Source: Immundisolibacterales bacterium (GTDB taxonomy: Bacteria; Pseudomonadota; Gammaproteobacteria; HK1). From it: 64,000 bases of DNA. Below the pieces are notes generated by a model. The model worked only from the letters and a program-made list of their open reading frames with translations. It had not been told where the DNA came from and searched no databases. The stretch covers positions 31,720-95,719 of the forward strand of contig JAPOPW010000034.1 in assembly GCA_026712715.1 (NCBI GenBank). The letters are read 5' to 3'. The translations under genes and the position numbers were made by a program. This document shows positions 1-9,047 of the stretch, piece by piece (the stretch's first letter is position 1; every line of letters begins with the position of its first letter).

Positions 1-1
1 C

Positions 2-1000
2 GATCCCCAGCGGGCGAAGCGCCAGGACATCCGCGAGCTGCACATCGGTTTCCTCAACCTGATGCCGGACGCGGCCCTCGCGGCGACGGAGCGGCAGTTC
101 CTGCGGCTCATCGGCGCGTCGAACCGGATCGCCCAGCTCTTCGTGCATCCGTTCACGATGGCCGGGGTCGAGCGCAGCGGCGCCGCACGCGAACGGGTGG
201 AGCAGTACTACGAACCGTTCGACGAGCTCCGGCGCGAGGGTCTCGACGCCCTCATCGTGACCGGCGCCAACGTCACGGAGGCCGACATCACCCGCGAGGC
301 GTTCTGGGAGCCACTCATCGAGGTGCTCGACTGGGGCCGGCGCAACACGGCCTCGATCCTGTGCTCGTGCCTCGCGAGCCATGCCGTCTTCCAGTGGCTG
401 CACGGGGTGCAGCGCACCCACCTGCCGGCGAAGCGGTGGGGGGTCTTCTCGCACCGGGTGACGGATCGCGCACACCCGCTCGTCGCCGGGATCAACACCC
501 GTTTCGAGACCCCGCATTCGCGGTTCAACGACGTGGCTCGCAACCGGATGGAAGCGGCCGGGCTGCGGGTGCTGGTGGAGAGCGACGAGGGCGGAGTGCT
601 GGTGGCGACGAGCCCGGACGGCTTCCGCTTCGTCTATTTCCAGGGGCATCCGGAATACGACCGCGAGAGCCTCCTGAAGGAGTACAAGCGCGAGGTGGGC
701 CGCTACCTGCGGGCCGAATGCGAGGAGTACCCACCGTTCCCCGTGCACTACTTCCCGCCGCGGGTGGCGGCGCGCTTCGAGGACTATCGCGCCGACGCCG
801 AGCGCGCGCGCAACGCCGGCGACGCCGCGCCCGAGTTCCCGGAGGACGAGGTGCTGCCGGATCTGGACAACACCTGGACCGACACCGGCAAGGCGCTCGT
901 CAACAACTGGCTGGGGCTCGTCTACCAGCTCACCGACTATGACCGGCGCCGTCCCTACGCCCCCGGCGTCGACCCCTCCGACCCGCTCCGCCTTCGCTGA
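2..1000 (+). CDS. metA: Homoserine O-acyltransferase (MetA family), 5' end outside window
   Basis: Track ORF 62..1000. The same frame is open back to nt 2 (DPQRAKRQDIRELHIGFLNL-MPD), so the conserved N-terminal LNLMP motif spans the first ATG. The gene therefore starts upstream of the window. An FQGHPEYD motif typical of MetA is present. Confidence 0.85.
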   Translation, partial: DPQRAKRQDIRELHIGFLNLMPDAALAATERQFLRLIGASNRIAQLFVHPFTMAGVERSGAARERVEQYYEPFDELRREGLDALIVTGANVTEADITREAFWEPLIEVLDWGRRNTASILCSCLASHAVFQWLHGVQRTHLPAKRWGVFSHRVTDRAHPLVAGINTRFETPHSRFNDVARNRMEAAGLRVLVESDEGGVLVATSPDGFRFVYFQGHPEYDRESLLKEYKREVGRYLRAECEEYPPFPVHYFPPRVAARFEDYRADAERARNAGDAAPEFPEDEVLPDLDNTWTDTGKALVNNWLGLVYQLTDYDRRRPYAPGVDPSDPLRLR

Positions 1001-1178
1001 CCCGGCCGGCCGGCGCGCCCGTCAGGGCCCGCGACGAGTCGCAGCGGAGCCTGGCCGCAACGCTCCACCGATATCCCGCTGCGGACACCTGTCCGTTCGC
1101 GGAGCTGACGGCGGACGTTCGATTCGCGAGTGCGCTCGCCTCGACCGGGCATGGCGAGTCCGTCCTGATGCTGGCCGA

Positions 1179-2084
1179 CTATGCCAGGACACGGTGATGG
1201 AGTTTTTTTCGTGATAAGGGTACGAGCGAGATTTCCATGCGGAGGCGGTTGTAGAGCTGGGTGGTGCGGGTGGACTCGTGCCCCGCGATCCGGGCCGCGA
1301 CCTCGTGGTCGCCGCCGTTGCGCAGGTACTCGGTGATCCCGGTCCCGCGGAAGCTGTGGGCGCAGATCTCGGCCGGCAGCCCCGCCTTCCGGGCGCGGCG
1401 CTTGATCATCTTGAACGCACCCACCCTCGACATCCCCCGCTCCTGGAGCGCATCGCGCCGCCCGGGCTCGCAGCTCCGGAAGAGGGTTCCGCGCCGGTCC
1501 TCGCCGATCCGGGCGTCCTCGAGGTAGGCGTCAACGCAGCCTTGCGCCAGGCGGCGGGCGGGGACCACGTTGTACCGCCCGCCCTTCTCGTGGAGCCGGA
1601 AGACCGACCGTGGCCCCTGCGTGTAGTCGTCGGCGACCCGGAGCGAGACTGCGGCGCTCACCCGAGCGAAGCTGTAGACGAGGACGCCAAGGAACGCGCG
1701 GTCGCGGAGACCCACCAGGTTCGAGACGTCGATGCCGTCGAGGAGGGCCCGGGTCTCCGTTACGGAGAGGACCGGGGTCTTGCCGGCCTTGACGACGTGC
1801 CGGGGCCCGCGAACCGAGCTCGCGGGGTCGAAGGGGAGGATCTGGCCGACGACGAGCCGGTCGAAGAGCATCCGCAGCGCCGCGAGGTGCTGCTTGACGG
1901 TCGCCGGCGATCGCGCGCGCGTCAGCTCCTCGATGTAGGCCGCGACCACCACCGGCTCGACCTGGCCGAGGGCGAGGCCTCGGTCTTCGCACCACCCAGC
2001 GAAGCGGCGCACGGCCGCGAGGTACGCGTGTCGGGTGTTCCGGTTCCGGATGTGGGCAGTCCGGACTCTTGACCGCGCTTTCAT
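1179..2084 (-). CDS. Tyrosine recombinase / phage-type integrase
   Basis: Track ORF 1179..2174, started here at ATG 2084 (MKARSRVRT...). It has HSFRGTGITEYL (H-x-x-R) and HESTRTTQLY (catalytic Tyr). The last ~20 aa after EISL follow an A7 run and look divergent for the family, so the 3' end may be altered. Confidence 0.85.
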   Translation of the reverse strand: MKARSRVRTAHIRNRNTRHAYLAAVRRFAGWCEDRGLALGQVEPVVVAAYIEELTRARSPATVKQHLAALRMLFDRLVVGQILPFDPASSVRGPRHVVKAGKTPVLSVTETRALLDGIDVSNLVGLRDRAFLGVLVYSFARVSAAVSLRVADDYTQGPRSVFRLHEKGGRYNVVPARRLAQGCVDAYLEDARIGEDRRGTLFRSCEPGRRDALQERGMSRVGAFKMIKRRARKAGLPAEICAHSFRGTGITEYLRNGGDHEVAARIAGHESTRTTQLYNRLRMEISLVPLSRKKLHHRVLA

Positions 2085-2167
2085 CAGGCACCCGAATCCA
2101 CGTAGTGCGAGAAAAAAGCGAATGAAGACTTCCGAGCTTTCGTCCCACGCTGCCGCCAACCTTTGAC

Positions 2168-3142
2168 ATGACAACCGCCGGCAACATCGGCATCGCGGAA
2201 CGATCCCCGGAGGCGGTACTGGACTTCTGGCTCGGTCGCCTGCGCACGGCGGCCGATGCTTCGCGCAGGAACTGGCAGCAGGGGATGCTGAGATGGCGAA
2301 TCGGTCCGTTCGCCAGAGGCGCCGAGGACCCGACCATTCTTCGGGTGCAGCGCGAGTGGTGCGAACAGATGCACCGCGAAGGACTGGACCGCTTCTTCCG
2401 CGATCCGGTCCGGGACACGCCGAAGGGGTTTCTGGCGAAGCTGATCGTCCTCGACCAGTTCCCGCGAGGCGTCTATCGCGGCACGGCGCTGGCCTACGCG
2501 AACGACTCCCTTACCGCCTCGTTGTCCTGGCAGGCTTGCGAGGCCGACCGGGAGTTCGCGAACTACAACGTCATCGAGCGCTTCTGGATCTATCTTCCGC
2601 TCTCCCATGCAGAGGACCTGAAGCTCCAGGAGCTCTCGATCGAGAAATTTGCCCGCTGGAGCGTCGACCTCATCGCCGAGGTGTCGCCCGAGCGGCGCAG
2701 GATCAACCAGTTCGTGAGCTGGTCGATGATCAAGGCCGCGATCGAGCACGCCGAGACGCTGCTCCTCTTCGACCGCTTCCCCCACCGCAACGCCGTCATG
2801 CAGCGGACTCACCGCGGTGGCGAAGTTCGCAAGGCGCAACCGTTGTTCCCGGCCGAACGCGGGGCTCACGACGACGACATCGGGCCGAGCCTCATCGCGC
2901 AGACGGTCGCCGCCGGGGTCGCGGAGTGGGAGCGGACGGCGCCCCGACGGCAGCGCCCCCGGGGCTCGGCGCCCCATGGGCCGGATGTCGGGGGTGCCGG
3001 CACCTCGTTGCAGTGGCGGGAGCGGCACTCACGCGTCAGGGAATCGGCGGCCGCTGCAGGAATTCGTTGGTGTTCCCGGGCTAGATGGGCAGCCCCGGAA
3101 CCAGCCCGGTGCAGCCCGCCATCAGCATCGCGAGGCCCGTGA
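2168..3142 (+). CDS. DUF924 (YbaA-like) family protein, possibly with lost stop / C-terminal extension
   Basis: Track ORF 2168..3142. It carries the DUF924 signature motifs LDQFPRGVYRG and FDRFPHRNAVM. The region after about aa 225 is Arg/Ala/Gly low complexity. It also overlaps a convincing small ORF on the opposite strand, so the 3' end is uncertain. Confidence 0.7.
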   Translation: MTTAGNIGIAERSPEAVLDFWLGRLRTAADASRRNWQQGMLRWRIGPFARGAEDPTILRVQREWCEQMHREGLDRFFRDPVRDTPKGFLAKLIVLDQFPRGVYRGTALAYANDSLTASLSWQACEADREFANYNVIERFWIYLPLSHAEDLKLQELSIEKFARWSVDLIAEVSPERRRINQFVSWSMIKAAIEHAETLLLFDRFPHRNAVMQRTHRGGEVRKAQPLFPAERGAHDDDIGPSLIAQTVAAGVAEWERTAPRRQRPRGSAPHGPDVGGAGTSLQWRERHSRVRESAAAAGIRWCSRARWAAPEPARCSPPSASRGP

Positions 3143-3245
3143 TCGCGCAAAGCAGCGCGAGCCTCGTGCCGGCGCCCCGATTCCGGCGCGGGGAGTGCGG
3201 CGACGTGGGCGATCTGAATCGTTTCTGCACGGTCTTCCTCCTCAT
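3081..3245 (-). CDS. Small predicted lipoprotein (54 aa, not in ORF track)
   Basis: My translation is MRRKTVQKRFRSPTSPHSPRRNRGAGTRLALLCAITGLAMLMAGCTGLVPGLPI*. It has a basic n-region, a hydrophobic h-region and a lipobox LMAG-C. Its ATG (3243-3245) overlaps the TGA of the upstream PhyH gene (3242-3244), an ATGA coupling. Confidence 0.4.
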   Translation of the reverse strand: MRRKTVQKRFRSPTSPHSPRRNRGAGTRLALLCAITGLAMLMAGCTGLVPGLPI

Positions 3246-4147
3246 TCGGATACCCTCGCGCTCGCATCCTCTCCGGTCTGAGCGGCGAATATGGACGTGT
3301 AGCCACCGGACCAGTCCGGGGGAACGAGGCAGGGGCGCGGGTCATGGTGCGCCCATCGAGCGCTCCGGCCGCGCACGATTCTACCCGCGTGCCGGGACGG
3401 ATCCGGATGCGGCGTATAGGGAAGGGCGTCGGCGGACGCATAGGCGTTCAGGAGGAGCGGACGCCCGTCGTCGCGGCGGCTCGCCGGAGAGCCGTGCACC
3501 GTGCGGCAGTTGTGCACGGTGATCGACCCGGCCGGCGCCTCGACGTAGACCGCGCTCGACTCCGGGAGGAGGGCCGCCGCGTCGGCCGGGCCGAGGCACC
3601 CCGCCCACTGTCCCTTGTCGTTGTACTGATCGAAGAGCGGTCCGTTGTGGCTGCCGGGAATGAAGCCGAGCGCCCCGTCGTCGTAGCCGGTATCGCGGAG
3701 ATAGACGCCGATGGTGAGGGGGCTGTAGTTCGTGTGCGGGTAGAACTGGATGTCCTGATGCCAGTCGACCTGGTCCGCCCCGTCGTTCCACTTGTAGTTG
3801 AGCTTCGAATGGTGGAAGACGACGTCCGGTCCCACGAGATCGGCCGCGACGTCGGCAATGGCCCCGGTCGCGAACCTCCAGAAGACCTCGTGCCGCTCGT
3901 CGGGGCGCTTCAGCCGGCGAAGGCGCGGCGCCGAGGCCGAGTGCCCGGGAGCCACGTCGAAGACGTTCCCGGAGCGGGTCTCGGCGCGGCTGCGTTCCAC
4001 GAACTCGAGGGCGATCCGCCGCAGCCGCTCCAGCCACTCATCGTCGACGAAGCGCTCGACGGCGAGGTAGCCGTTCTCGAAGTAGAACTCCCGCCGGGAC
4101 TGCGACAGCGCCCGCGGCGGATGGGAGAGCACCTCTTCCGGGGTCAT
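3242..4147 (-). CDS. Phytanoyl-CoA dioxygenase (PhyH) family Fe(II)/2-oxoglutarate oxygenase
   Basis: Track ORF 3242..4147. FYFENGYL..., VDWHQDIQFYP (His-x-Asp facial triad region) and ITVHNCRTVHGS (distal His) fit the PhyH family. Confidence 0.85.
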   Translation of the reverse strand: MTPEEVLSHPPRALSQSRREFYFENGYLAVERFVDDEWLERLRRIALEFVERSRAETRSGNVFDVAPGHSASAPRLRRLKRPDERHEVFWRFATGAIADVAADLVGPDVVFHHSKLNYKWNDGADQVDWHQDIQFYPHTNYSPLTIGVYLRDTGYDDGALGFIPGSHNGPLFDQYNDKGQWAGCLGPADAAALLPESSAVYVEAPAGSITVHNCRTVHGSPASRRDDGRPLLLNAYASADALPYTPHPDPSRHAGRIVRGRSARWAHHDPRPCLVPPDWSGGYTSIFAAQTGEDASARVSE

Positions 4148-4194
4148 GTCCTTCTCCTTCCTGCGCGGCGGCGGGCGGCGCGGGCCCGCCGCGG

Positions 4195-5379
4195 CTAGTC
4201 CGGGGTGCCCGGTCCCGCGGCGAGATGGTCCATCGCCGCGTCGACCCCGCCCCGCTGAAACGGCGCACCGGCGATCGAGAGCCCCATCTCAATCGCGGCG
4301 AGGGTCCCGATGAGGGTCACCTCGTTGAGATCGCCGAGGTGGCCGATGCGGAACACCCGGTCCTGGAGCCTGCCGAGCCCGTTTCCGAGGGAGACGTCGA
4401 AACGCTCCAGGACGACGGCGCGAAGTGCGTCCGCGCTGAAGCCGTCCGGCACCCGGACGGCGGTCAGCGAAGCGCTCCGGTGCTCCGGCGGGAGGCAGTT
4501 GAAGTCGAGGCCCCATGCCTGGACCGCCCGCCCGGTCGCGGCGGCGAATCGCCGGTGCCGCTCGAAGACCTGCTCCAGCCCCTCCTCTTCCAGCATGGCG
4601 ACGGCTTCCTTCAGCCCGAAGAGCAGGTTCGTCGCCGGGGTGAAGGGGAAGTAGCCGGCGGCGTTGGCACCGTCCATCGCCCGCCAGTCCCAGTAGCTCC
4701 GCGCGAGCTTCGCCTCCTCCCCCGCGCGCCAGGCCTTCTCGCTCACCGCGTTGAAGCCGAGCCCGGGGGGCAGCATGAGGCCCTTTTGCGAGCCCGCGAC
4801 GGTCACGTCCACGCCCCAGGCGTCGTGCTCGTAGGGCATGGAGGCGAGGGAGGAGATCGTGTCCACGAGGAGCAGGGCGGGATGGTTGCCGGCATCCAGG
4901 ACCCGCCGCACCGCCGGCACGTCGCTCGCCGCCCCGCTCGACGTCTCGTTGTGGAGCACCGCGACGGCCCGGAAGGGCGGCTCGCCGGTGTCCCGGGAGA
5001 GGGCCTCCGCGACGGAACCCGCGTCGACGCCGGAACGCCAGTCGCCCTCGATCGTCTCCACCACGAGACCGAGGCGCCGGGCGACCTCCGCCCACAGCCG
5101 GGCGAAGTGGCCCGTCTCGTACACGAGCACCCGGTCTCCCGGCGACAGGGTGTTGACGAGCGCCGCCTCCCACGCCCCGGTTCCGGAGGAGGGGAAGATG
5201 AAGACCCGGCCGTCGGTGCGGAAGACACGGCGCATCGCCTCGAGGCATGCGAGCCCGAGGTCCGCGAACTCCGGCCCGCGGTGGTCGATGGTGGGCCGGC
5301 CGATGGCCTCGAGCACCCGCCCGGGCACGTTGGTCGGCCCCGGGATCTGCAGGAAGTGGCGCCCTGAGCGGTTGCGCAC
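4195..5379 (-). CDS. Class V aminotransferase (serine/alanine-glyoxylate aminotransferase-like)
   Basis: This is the C-terminal 394 aa of the artefactually long track ORF 4195..6750. I start it at GTG 5377-5379, preceded by GAGGAG (VRNRSGRHFLQIPGPTNVP...). It has an SQKGLMLPPG PLP-lysine motif. Confidence 0.85.
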   Translation of the reverse strand: MRNRSGRHFLQIPGPTNVPGRVLEAIGRPTIDHRGPEFADLGLACLEAMRRVFRTDGRVFIFPSSGTGAWEAALVNTLSPGDRVLVYETGHFARLWAEVARRLGLVVETIEGDWRSGVDAGSVAEALSRDTGEPPFRAVAVLHNETSSGAASDVPAVRRVLDAGNHPALLLVDTISSLASMPYEHDAWGVDVTVAGSQKGLMLPPGLGFNAVSEKAWRAGEEAKLARSYWDWRAMDGANAAGYFPFTPATNLLFGLKEAVAMLEEEGLEQVFERHRRFAAATGRAVQAWGLDFNCLPPEHRSASLTAVRVPDGFSADALRAVVLERFDVSLGNGLGRLQDRVFRIGHLGDLNEVTLIGTLAAIEMGLSIAGAPFQRGGVDAAMDHLAAGPGTPD

Positions 5380-5486
5380 GCGTTCTCCTCGAGCATTCGG
5401 AACGACGGCCGGATGATAAGCGGGGGCGGCCGCCGATTCATCACGCTCCCGCCTCTCGCGGCCACCGGGGGCCGCGGCCCCTGCGC

Positions 5487-6833
5487 TCAGTCCTCCTGCC
5501 GGAGGATCTCCCGCTGGGTGCGGCCCCGGTACTCGGTGCGGTAGCGGCCGCGCCGCTGGAGCTCCGGGACGACGAGGTCCACGAACTCCTCGATCGCCCC
5601 CGGAGAGTGGATGGCGGAGAGCATGAACCCGTCGCCGCCCACCTCGTCCATGAACGCCTCCATCTGGTCCGCGACGCCGGCCGGAGTGCCCGTGAACTGC
5701 GGCAGGCTCACGCTCTGCCCGTGCCGCGCCGCCACCTCCGCCACCGTCATGGGGGTGCCGTCCGGCTTGCGGAACCGGGTCCGCATGCGATGGAGCTGGG
5801 GCTCGGTCCGCTCCGCCATGATCGCGTCGAGCGGGAATCCGGAGAGGTCGAGGTCGAGGTGCGCGGAGAGGATCGCCATTCCGCCCTCGACGGGCACGAG
5901 AGCGTTGTGCTCCGCCTGGCGCTCTCTCGCCTCGGCCTGCGTCGCGCCGACGATCGGCTGCATCCCGAACAGGATCCGGCACTCGTCGGGGTTGCGCCCG
6001 AGATCCGACATCCGGCCCTTGATCGAGGCGAAGTAGGCCGCCGCATCCTCGGCGCGCGGCTGGATCGCGAAGATCGCGTCCGCGTACCTCGCGGCGAAGT
6101 CCTGGCCCTTGGGCGAGGTGCCGGCCTGGAAGATCGCGGGGCCGTTCTGGGGCGAGCGGGTGACGTTGAGCGGCCCGCGCGACCGGAAGAACCGGCCTTC
6201 GTACTCGATGCGGCGCACCTTGGCGGGATCCGCGAAGACGGCGGCCTCGCGGTCCATCACCACCGCGTCCTCGTCCCACGATTCCCAGAGCTTCCGGCAC
6301 ACCTCCATGAACTCGTGCGCGCGGTCGTAGCGGGTGTCGGTCGGCTGGCGTTCCTCGCCGTAGTTGGCCGCCTGGTTGCTGTTGATGGAGGTGACCACGT
6401 TCCAGCCGGCCCGCCCGCGGGTGAGATGGTCGAGGGTGGCCCACATGCGCGCGGCGTAGAAGGGGTGGCTGTGGCTCACCGAGAACGTGGACGCGACCCC
6501 GACTCGCTCGGTGACCGCGGCCATGTAGGACAGGAGCGGAATCGGGTCGTGCTCCGGCGCCTGGGTGGCGTTGCGAAGGGACGGGCCGATGCTTCCGGTG
6601 TAGGTGTCGGCGATGTAGTTGAGATCCGCGAAGAACACCGTGTCGAAGAGCCCCCGCTCGCAGACCCGGGCAATGTGCTGGTAGAGCTCCGGGCGGTCCC
6701 AGGCGAATCCCCGTTCGGCGCTCGCGGCCGCCGTCTTCGGATGCCGCCACATCGCGAGACTGTGCCAGGTCGGCCCGTGCACCAGGAACTGGGCCAGGTG
6801 CATCTTGCGCCGCTTTGCGCCCGCCCCCGCCAT
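5487..6833 (-). CDS. LLM-class FMN-dependent monooxygenase (NtaA/SnaA/DszA family)
   Basis: Track ORF 5487..6947. The conserved N-terminus MHLAQFLVHGPTWHS..., then WNVVTSINSNQAANYG and RAHEFMEVCRKLWESW are typical of the family. The start is either ATG 6833 or ATG 6803. Confidence 0.85.
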   Translation of the reverse strand: MAGAGAKRRKMHLAQFLVHGPTWHSLAMWRHPKTAAASAERGFAWDRPELYQHIARVCERGLFDTVFFADLNYIADTYTGSIGPSLRNATQAPEHDPIPLLSYMAAVTERVGVASTFSVSHSHPFYAARMWATLDHLTRGRAGWNVVTSINSNQAANYGEERQPTDTRYDRAHEFMEVCRKLWESWDEDAVVMDREAAVFADPAKVRRIEYEGRFFRSRGPLNVTRSPQNGPAIFQAGTSPKGQDFAARYADAIFAIQPRAEDAAAYFASIKGRMSDLGRNPDECRILFGMQPIVGATQAEARERQAEHNALVPVEGGMAILSAHLDLDLSGFPLDAIMAERTEPQLHRMRTRFRKPDGTPMTVAEVAARHGQSVSLPQFTGTPAGVADQMEAFMDEVGGDGFMLSAIHSPGAIEEFVDLVVPELQRRGRYRTEYRGRTQREILRQED

Positions 6834-7019
6834 CCTCAAGTCCGTCCGGACTGCCGCGATCGAAGCTCGCGTCGGTGAACGGCTCCCGACTTCAATCCCG
6901 GCGCCCCCTCCCCGCGTTCCGGGCCGCCTGCGTCGCCGGCACGGCATGGGTCCACGCCGGCGGTCGGGCCCCCGCCATCCGGGCGCGGCCGGGTTTCGAT
7001 GGTCGAAGCGGTCAGGACG

Positions 7020-7970
7020 TCAGCCACGCTTCGCATCGTCGCGTGCAAGGTGGCGAAACAGCTCGGCCTCGCGTTCGGCGAGAAGCCGTTCTCCGTCGCG
7101 TCGGCTCCCGTCGTAGACCCCGCGCCCGGACGGCAGGCCACGATGACCGGCCTCGACGAGGTCGGTGACCGCCCGGGCGGGCTGCGGGTCGTTGCGAAGG
7201 TGGGGAATCAGGTAGGCGCCGAAGGCGTGCAGGGTATCGAGCCCGCCGACATCCGCGGACTCGATGGGCCCGGTGATTGCCAGGCGGCGGCCGATGGACG
7301 CCTTTACCACCGTGTCGATCGCCTCCGCGGAGGCCGCCCCTTCCGACCAGAGCGCCCACGCCTCGCGCAGGATGGCGTACTGGAGCCGGTTGCCGAGGAA
7401 GCCCGGGATCTCCTTGTCGACGGTCACCGGCTCCTTGCCCGCCGCTCGCAGGACCTCGCAGAGCCACGGAGCCACGTCCGGATCGGTCTCCGGACCGGCG
7501 CACACCTCGACGAGCGGAATGAGCTGGGGCGGGTACCAGAAGTGGGCGGCGATGACCCGGCCGCGGTGGCGCACGTTCGCGACGAGGTCGCTCGCCGGCT
7601 GGCCGCTCCCGGAGGCGAACACCGTCGGGGGCGCGCAGATCCGGTCGAGCGCGCCGTAGACCTCGTCCTGGACCGCCTGGTCGGCGGGCACCGCCTCGAG
7701 GACGAGCTGGGCGGCGGCCGCGTCACCGAGGTCGGTAGAGGTACGGATGCGGGCGAACGCCGCCGCGACTTCCGCCGAGTCGAGGAGCCCGTGCGCCGCG
7801 AAGCTGGAGAGGCTCGCGCCGATCCGCTCCATCGCACCGGCGAGGCTCTCCTCGCGCCGCCCGATGAGTACCACCTCGCGGCCCGCGGCCGCGAAGATCT
7901 GAGCCATGCCGTGACCGATGAGTCCGTTTCCGACCACGGCGACGGTGTCGAGCGATGCGGGGACAGCCAC
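7020..7970 (-). CDS. 3-hydroxyacyl-CoA dehydrogenase family protein (NAD-binding)
   Basis: Track ORF 7020..7970. It has a GTG start preceded by AAGGAGGG. VAVVGNGLIGHGMAQ is the Rossmann GxGxxG motif, and HFWYPPQLIPLVEV is typical of the 3HCDH family. Confidence 0.8.
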   Translation of the reverse strand: MAVPASLDTVAVVGNGLIGHGMAQIFAAAGREVVLIGRREESLAGAMERIGASLSSFAAHGLLDSAEVAAAFARIRTSTDLGDAAAAQLVLEAVPADQAVQDEVYGALDRICAPPTVFASGSGQPASDLVANVRHRGRVIAAHFWYPPQLIPLVEVCAGPETDPDVAPWLCEVLRAAGKEPVTVDKEIPGFLGNRLQYAILREAWALWSEGAASAEAIDTVVKASIGRRLAITGPIESADVGGLDTLHAFGAYLIPHLRNDPQPARAVTDLVEAGHRGLPSGRGVYDGSRRDGERLLAEREAELFRHLARDDAKRG

Positions 7971-8164
7971 CGAAACCCTCCTTCACGTGCGATCCGCACC
8001 GCGCCCGGGACGGCGCGCCTTCCAAGTCTGCGATCCCCCGGCCCGCGCGGCAACCCCGTCGGAATCCCGACATCCATACCGCACCGATCGAACCGGTCGG
8101 AGCCTCGTCACGCTCTCCACTACGATCGCAACCGACGTCCCGGCGAACGGATACGGGATTGACC

Positions 8165-8225
8165 GAGCCTACCCCATGCCGACCGCCCGGAAAGTCGACC
8201 GTCATACCCGGCATGGGCTACTGGG
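8165..8225. repeat. Direct repeat copy A: dead duplicate of the 5' end of the VOC gene
   Basis: gagcctaccccatgccgaccgcccggaaagtcgaccgtcatacccggcatgggctactggg matches 9048..9107 with 3 mismatches and a 1-nt insertion. The insertion frameshifts the fragment. Confidence 0.85.
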
Positions 8226-8268
8226 CCCCTGCCACCGCACCGTTCGGGCTGGCGGGGGGCCGCGGGCG

Positions 8269-8688
8269 TCAGTCGAAGAGTGGGACTCCGCCACGCTCCA
8301 CCACGTTGCGCAGAGCCCGGTCCCGGGTACCGAGCGGCAGCTTGCGCCGCAGCGCGAGCTCCAGGCAGGCGGCATCGTAGACGGACAGGCCGTATTGCAC
8401 AGCCAGTGCCGACGTGCGGCCCAACGCATTCCGCGCGTCGTCCTCGTCGACGGTAAACGCCAAGGCGCAGAGGCGTTCCAGCGCCAGCTTCCGTTCGTCC
8501 GCCGTGATCAATCCGCGCCGCTCTGCCGTGAGCAATCCATTGGCGACCTCCAGGAACCAGAACGACGGCACGATGGGGCTCGCGCCGGCCTCGATGAGTT
8601 CCAACAGCGCATCGGCTTCGGCAGAGGCTTGGCCAGGCAGGACCCAAGCGCACGCCATGGACGCATCCACGACGAAGGCGGTGCTCAC
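8269..8688 (-). CDS. vapC: PIN-domain toxin (VapC-like), TA pair 1
   Basis: Track ORF 8269..8688. FVVDASMACAW (first acidic residue), LTAERRG and YDAACLELA are PIN motifs. It overlaps the upstream antitoxin by 4 nt. Confidence 0.85.
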   Translation of the reverse strand: MSTAFVVDASMACAWVLPGQASAEADALLELIEAGASPIVPSFWFLEVANGLLTAERRGLITADERKLALERLCALAFTVDEDDARNALGRTSALAVQYGLSVYDAACLELALRRKLPLGTRDRALRNVVERGGVPLFD

Positions 8689-8951
8689 CGGCGCCCTTGT
8701 TCGATCAGAGACTTGATCTCGGCGGCAGTGAGCACTGGATGCTGTTTGCGCTGCGTCGCAATCGCCTGGCGCAGCTCCCGCAAACCGGCGACGGCCGCGC
8801 GTACTTCCTGTTGTGCGGGCCTGCCCGCCGGAATGATCCGGGCGACAGGTTTATCGTGTCTGGTCACGATGATCTCCTCGCCCTTCGATACGCGGTCGAG
8901 GAGTCGACCGAAACGGGTCTTTGCCTCCAGTGCGGTCACGCGCGCCACCAT
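8685..8951 (-). CDS. Phd/YefM-type antitoxin, TA pair 1
   Basis: Track ORF 8685..8951. The N-terminus TALEAKTRFGRLLDRVSKGEEIIVTRHDKPVARIIP is classic Phd/YefM. Confidence 0.85.
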   Translation of the reverse strand: MVARVTALEAKTRFGRLLDRVSKGEEIIVTRHDKPVARIIPAGRPAQQEVRAAVAGLRELRQAIATQRKQHPVLTAAEIKSLIEQGRR

Positions 8952-8967
8952 GGTGATCTCACCGGAA

Positions 8968-8981
8968 ATTGACCATTGACC
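8968..8981. promoter_or_regulatory. Tandem ATTGACC-ATTGACC repeat upstream of TA pair 1 (possible antitoxin operator)
   Basis: The sequence attgaccattgacc lies 17 nt upstream of the antitoxin start. TGACCA-type half-sites recur upstream of the other two TA pairs. Confidence 0.3.
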
Positions 8982-9047
8982 AGCTGGTTTAGCGGGCAGA
9001 TCTCCGACACCGAGGTGCAGGATAGACTGGAAGCCTGACTCGATCGG

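Noticed and set aside
4195-6750. An 851-aa track ORF that appears to fuse the aminotransferase with upstream sequence.
   Set aside because: The N-terminal 455 aa are out-of-frame read-through over the monooxygenase gene (Arg/Pro/Gly-rich). The aminotransferase homology begins at GTG 5379, which has a GAGGAG RBS.
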